NCBI GenBank assembly: GCA_050253335.1 | Contig: JBFWJG010000013.1 | Coordinates: forward strand, 1 to 47,893 | Origin: Deferribacterales bacterium | GTDB taxonomy: Bacteria; Chrysiogenota; Deferribacteres; Deferribacterales; Geovibrionaceae | Direction of reading: 5' to 3' | Length of the DNA: 47,893 bases | Shown: piece after piece, positions 45,913 through 47,893 of the stretch | Numbering within the stretch: position 1 is the stretch's first letter | Layout: each line of letters starts with the position of its first letter | Translations under genes and position numbers: made by a program | The notes under the pieces: model-generated | What the model was told of the DNA's origin: nothing | The model's database searches: none | Seen by the model: the letters and a program-made list of their open reading frames with translations, nothing else

Positions 45913-47893
45913 ATGTCCGCTGATATTCACAAGCAGGCTTTTGTAACCGAAGCCGGAGAGCTCCTTGAGGAGCTTGAACAGTCTCTGATGGAGCTTGAAA
46001 ACACGCCGGACGATCCTGATCTGGTGGCGAAGGTTTTCAGAGCCATGCATACTATCAAAGGCTCCGGATCGATGTTCGGATTTGATAATCTGGCCGCCTT
46101 CGTTCATGGCATAGAAACAGCCTATGACCTTGTGCGGGAAGGAAAACTCGCCGTGACGCAGGAGATGATAGAAAACTCCCTGAAGTCATGTGATGTGATA
46201 AAAGAGATGGTGGCGGATGAAAGCCTCGATTCCTCCGGCGGCGAAGCGGCTGAACTCAGAGAATTTTTCGCCGCTTTCCTGAGCGGAACAGGCACAGAGG
46301 CAAAGCCTGCGGCGAAGGCAGCGGAATCCCGCAGCGCTCTCACCACATACAGAATCCAGTTTAAGCCCCACGAGGACATTTTCACCAGAGGGGTAAATGT
46401 CCATCTGCTTATCTCAGAGCTTATGGAGCTGGGGGAATGCAGAGTGGTGGCGCATCCTGACAAAATCCCCTTTCTGGAAGAACTGGACAGCGAGAAATGC
46501 TATGTGAACTGGGATGTGATACTCACCACGGACAGAGGCGAGAATGCGATCCGGGATGTTTTCATTTTTGTTGAAGATGACTGTGAACTGACAGTAACCC
46601 CTGTCGCCTTTTACGACGGGGATTCCTCCGATGAGCATGGGAAAATCGGAGAAATCCTTGTGGAAAAAGGAGATATATCCCGTATTGAGCTTGATGCCAT
46701 TCTGGCGGAGAAAAAGCGTCTGGGCGAGATTCTTGTGGAAAAAGGCGTTGTGCCCCCTTCCGCAGTTGCCGCCGCCCTTGAGGAACAGAGGCATATAAAG
46801 GAAATCAAAGCCAAAAAGAGCGAAGCGGAAGGCATGACATCCATCAGGGTTCAGTCCGACAAGCTGGACTTCCTTGTGGATCTGGTGGGTGAGCTTGTCA
46901 CTGTGCAGGCACGCCTCAGCCAGACCGCGGCAAGGAAAAACGAGCCCGAACTCCTGAAGATAGCAGAGGATGTGGAAAGGCTGGTGTGGGATCTCAGGGA
47001 CAACACAATGAGCATACGCATGCTCCCCATAGGTTCTACATTCAGCAAGTTCAACAGGCTGGTGAGAGACCTTTCCCACTCTCTGGGCAAAAAGATAGAC
47101 CTTGTTACCGAAGGCGCAGAGACCGAGCTTGACAAAACAGTTATCGAAAAGCTCAACGATCCCCTTGTTCATCTCATCAGAAACAGCATAGACCACGGTC
47201 TTGAAATGCCTGAGGACAGAAAATCCGCAGGCAAAAAGGAGACCGGAACAATAACCCTCAGCGCCAGACACTCGGGCGACAGTGTTCTCATACAGATAAC
47301 GGACGACGGCAGAGGCATAGACCCTGAAAAGGTTCGCAGAAAGGCCGTTGAAAAAGGGTTGATAGCGGAAGGGACTGAACTCTCCGCCAGAGAAGCCTGT
47401 GAGCTAATACTTGCTCCCGGGTTTTCCACAGCGGAGGCTGTTTCCAATATCTCCGGCCGCGGCGTCGGCATGGATGTTGTGAAGAAAAACATTGAAGCGC
47501 TCAAGGGCACGCTGGATGTTTCCTCAGAGAAAGGGAAGGGCACGGTGATAAGCCTGAAGCTTCCTCTCACTCTGGCGATTATTGACGGGCTTCTGATCAG
47601 GGTTGCGGATCAGTTTTTCATAATCCCCCTTTCAGTGGTGGAGGAGTGCATCGAACTCACCCCGAAAGATGTGGCGAACTCCCACGGCAGAAGCATAATT
47701 CAGGTTCGGGGCGACATAGTGCCCTACATCAAGCTCCGCGAGCTTTTCGGAATCAAAGGCGAAGTACCGGAGATTCAGCAGATAGTGGTTACGGAGATAG
47801 GGGGAAGAAGGGTGGGCTTCGTCACTGACGCCGTAATAGGCGACCACCAGACGGTTATCAAGTCACTCGGAAAAATATTCAAGGAGGTTCACG
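45913..47893 (+). CDS. cheA: Chemotaxis histidine kinase CheA (partial; runs off the window)
   Basis: Translated by hand from ATG 45913 (absent from the ORF track, no stop seen): FRAMHTIKGS Hpt, HLIRNSIDHG, DDGRGID, SGRGVGMDVV, LPLTLAII. Confidence 0.95.
   Translation, partial: MSADIHKQAFVTEAGELLEELEQSLMELENTPDDPDLVAKVFRAMHTIKGSGSMFGFDNLAAFVHGIETAYDLVREGKLAVTQEMIENSLKSCDVIKEMVADESLDSSGGEAAELREFFAAFLSGTGTEAKPAAKAAESRSALTTYRIQFKPHEDIFTRGVNVHLLISELMELGECRVVAHPDKIPFLEELDSEKCYVNWDVILTTDRGENAIRDVFIFVEDDCELTVTPVAFYDGDSSDEHGKIGEILVEKGDISRIELDAILAEKKRLGEILVEKGVVPPSAVAAALEEQRHIKEIKAKKSEAEGMTSIRVQSDKLDFLVDLVGELVTVQARLSQTAARKNEPELLKIAEDVERLVWDLRDNTMSIRMLPIGSTFSKFNRLVRDLSHSLGKKIDLVTEGAETELDKTVIEKLNDPLVHLIRNSIDHGLEMPEDRKSAGKKETGTITLSARHSGDSVLIQITDDGRGIDPEKVRRKAVEKGLIAEGTELSAREACELILAPGFSTAEAVSNISGRGVGMDVVKKNIEALKGTLDVSSEKGKGTVISLKLPLTLAIIDGLLIRVADQFFIIPLSVVEECIELTPKDVANSHGRSIIQVRGDIVPYIKLRELFGIKGEVPEIQQIVVTEIGGRRVGFVTDAVIGDHQTVIKSLGKIFKEVH

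Overview
Bacterial chromosomal window, mostly moderate GC. The gene content suggests an anaerobic, Gram-negative, motile organism; a Deferribacterota-like origin is only an impression. In order: an AT-rich gene for a predicted Mrr-like PD-(D/E)XK nuclease, bracketed by two copies of an IS3-like terminal sequence and a transposase scrap; a small Cys/Met-rich protein; a three-gene split glutamate synthase-like operon; an AraC/VOC pair; a CoA-binding protein; an orphan FlgG-like gene. Next is a ~17 kb minus-strand sulfur cluster (iscS-like, mnmA, SsuABC-like ABC transporter, cysK, DUF1847-like, metI/metC-like) with a YtkA-like/TolC/CusB/CusA metal efflux operon embedded in it, divergent from an Rrf2 regulator. 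Four promoters in this cluster, including the one in front of the efflux operon, carry a shared ATCTAT-N7-ATAGAT-like box. Then come pyk, an orphan hicB, a second AT-rich membrane-protein gene, an rlmI-like gene, ktrAB, typA, a sensor kinase, a DEAD-box helicase, a hemerythrin/PAS protein, gloA followed by a repeat region that triplicates its 3' end, ribB with an FMN riboswitch, and the start of a chemotaxis operon whose CheA carries tandem MshEN-like motifs. All calls come from motif recognition by eye; no searches were run.
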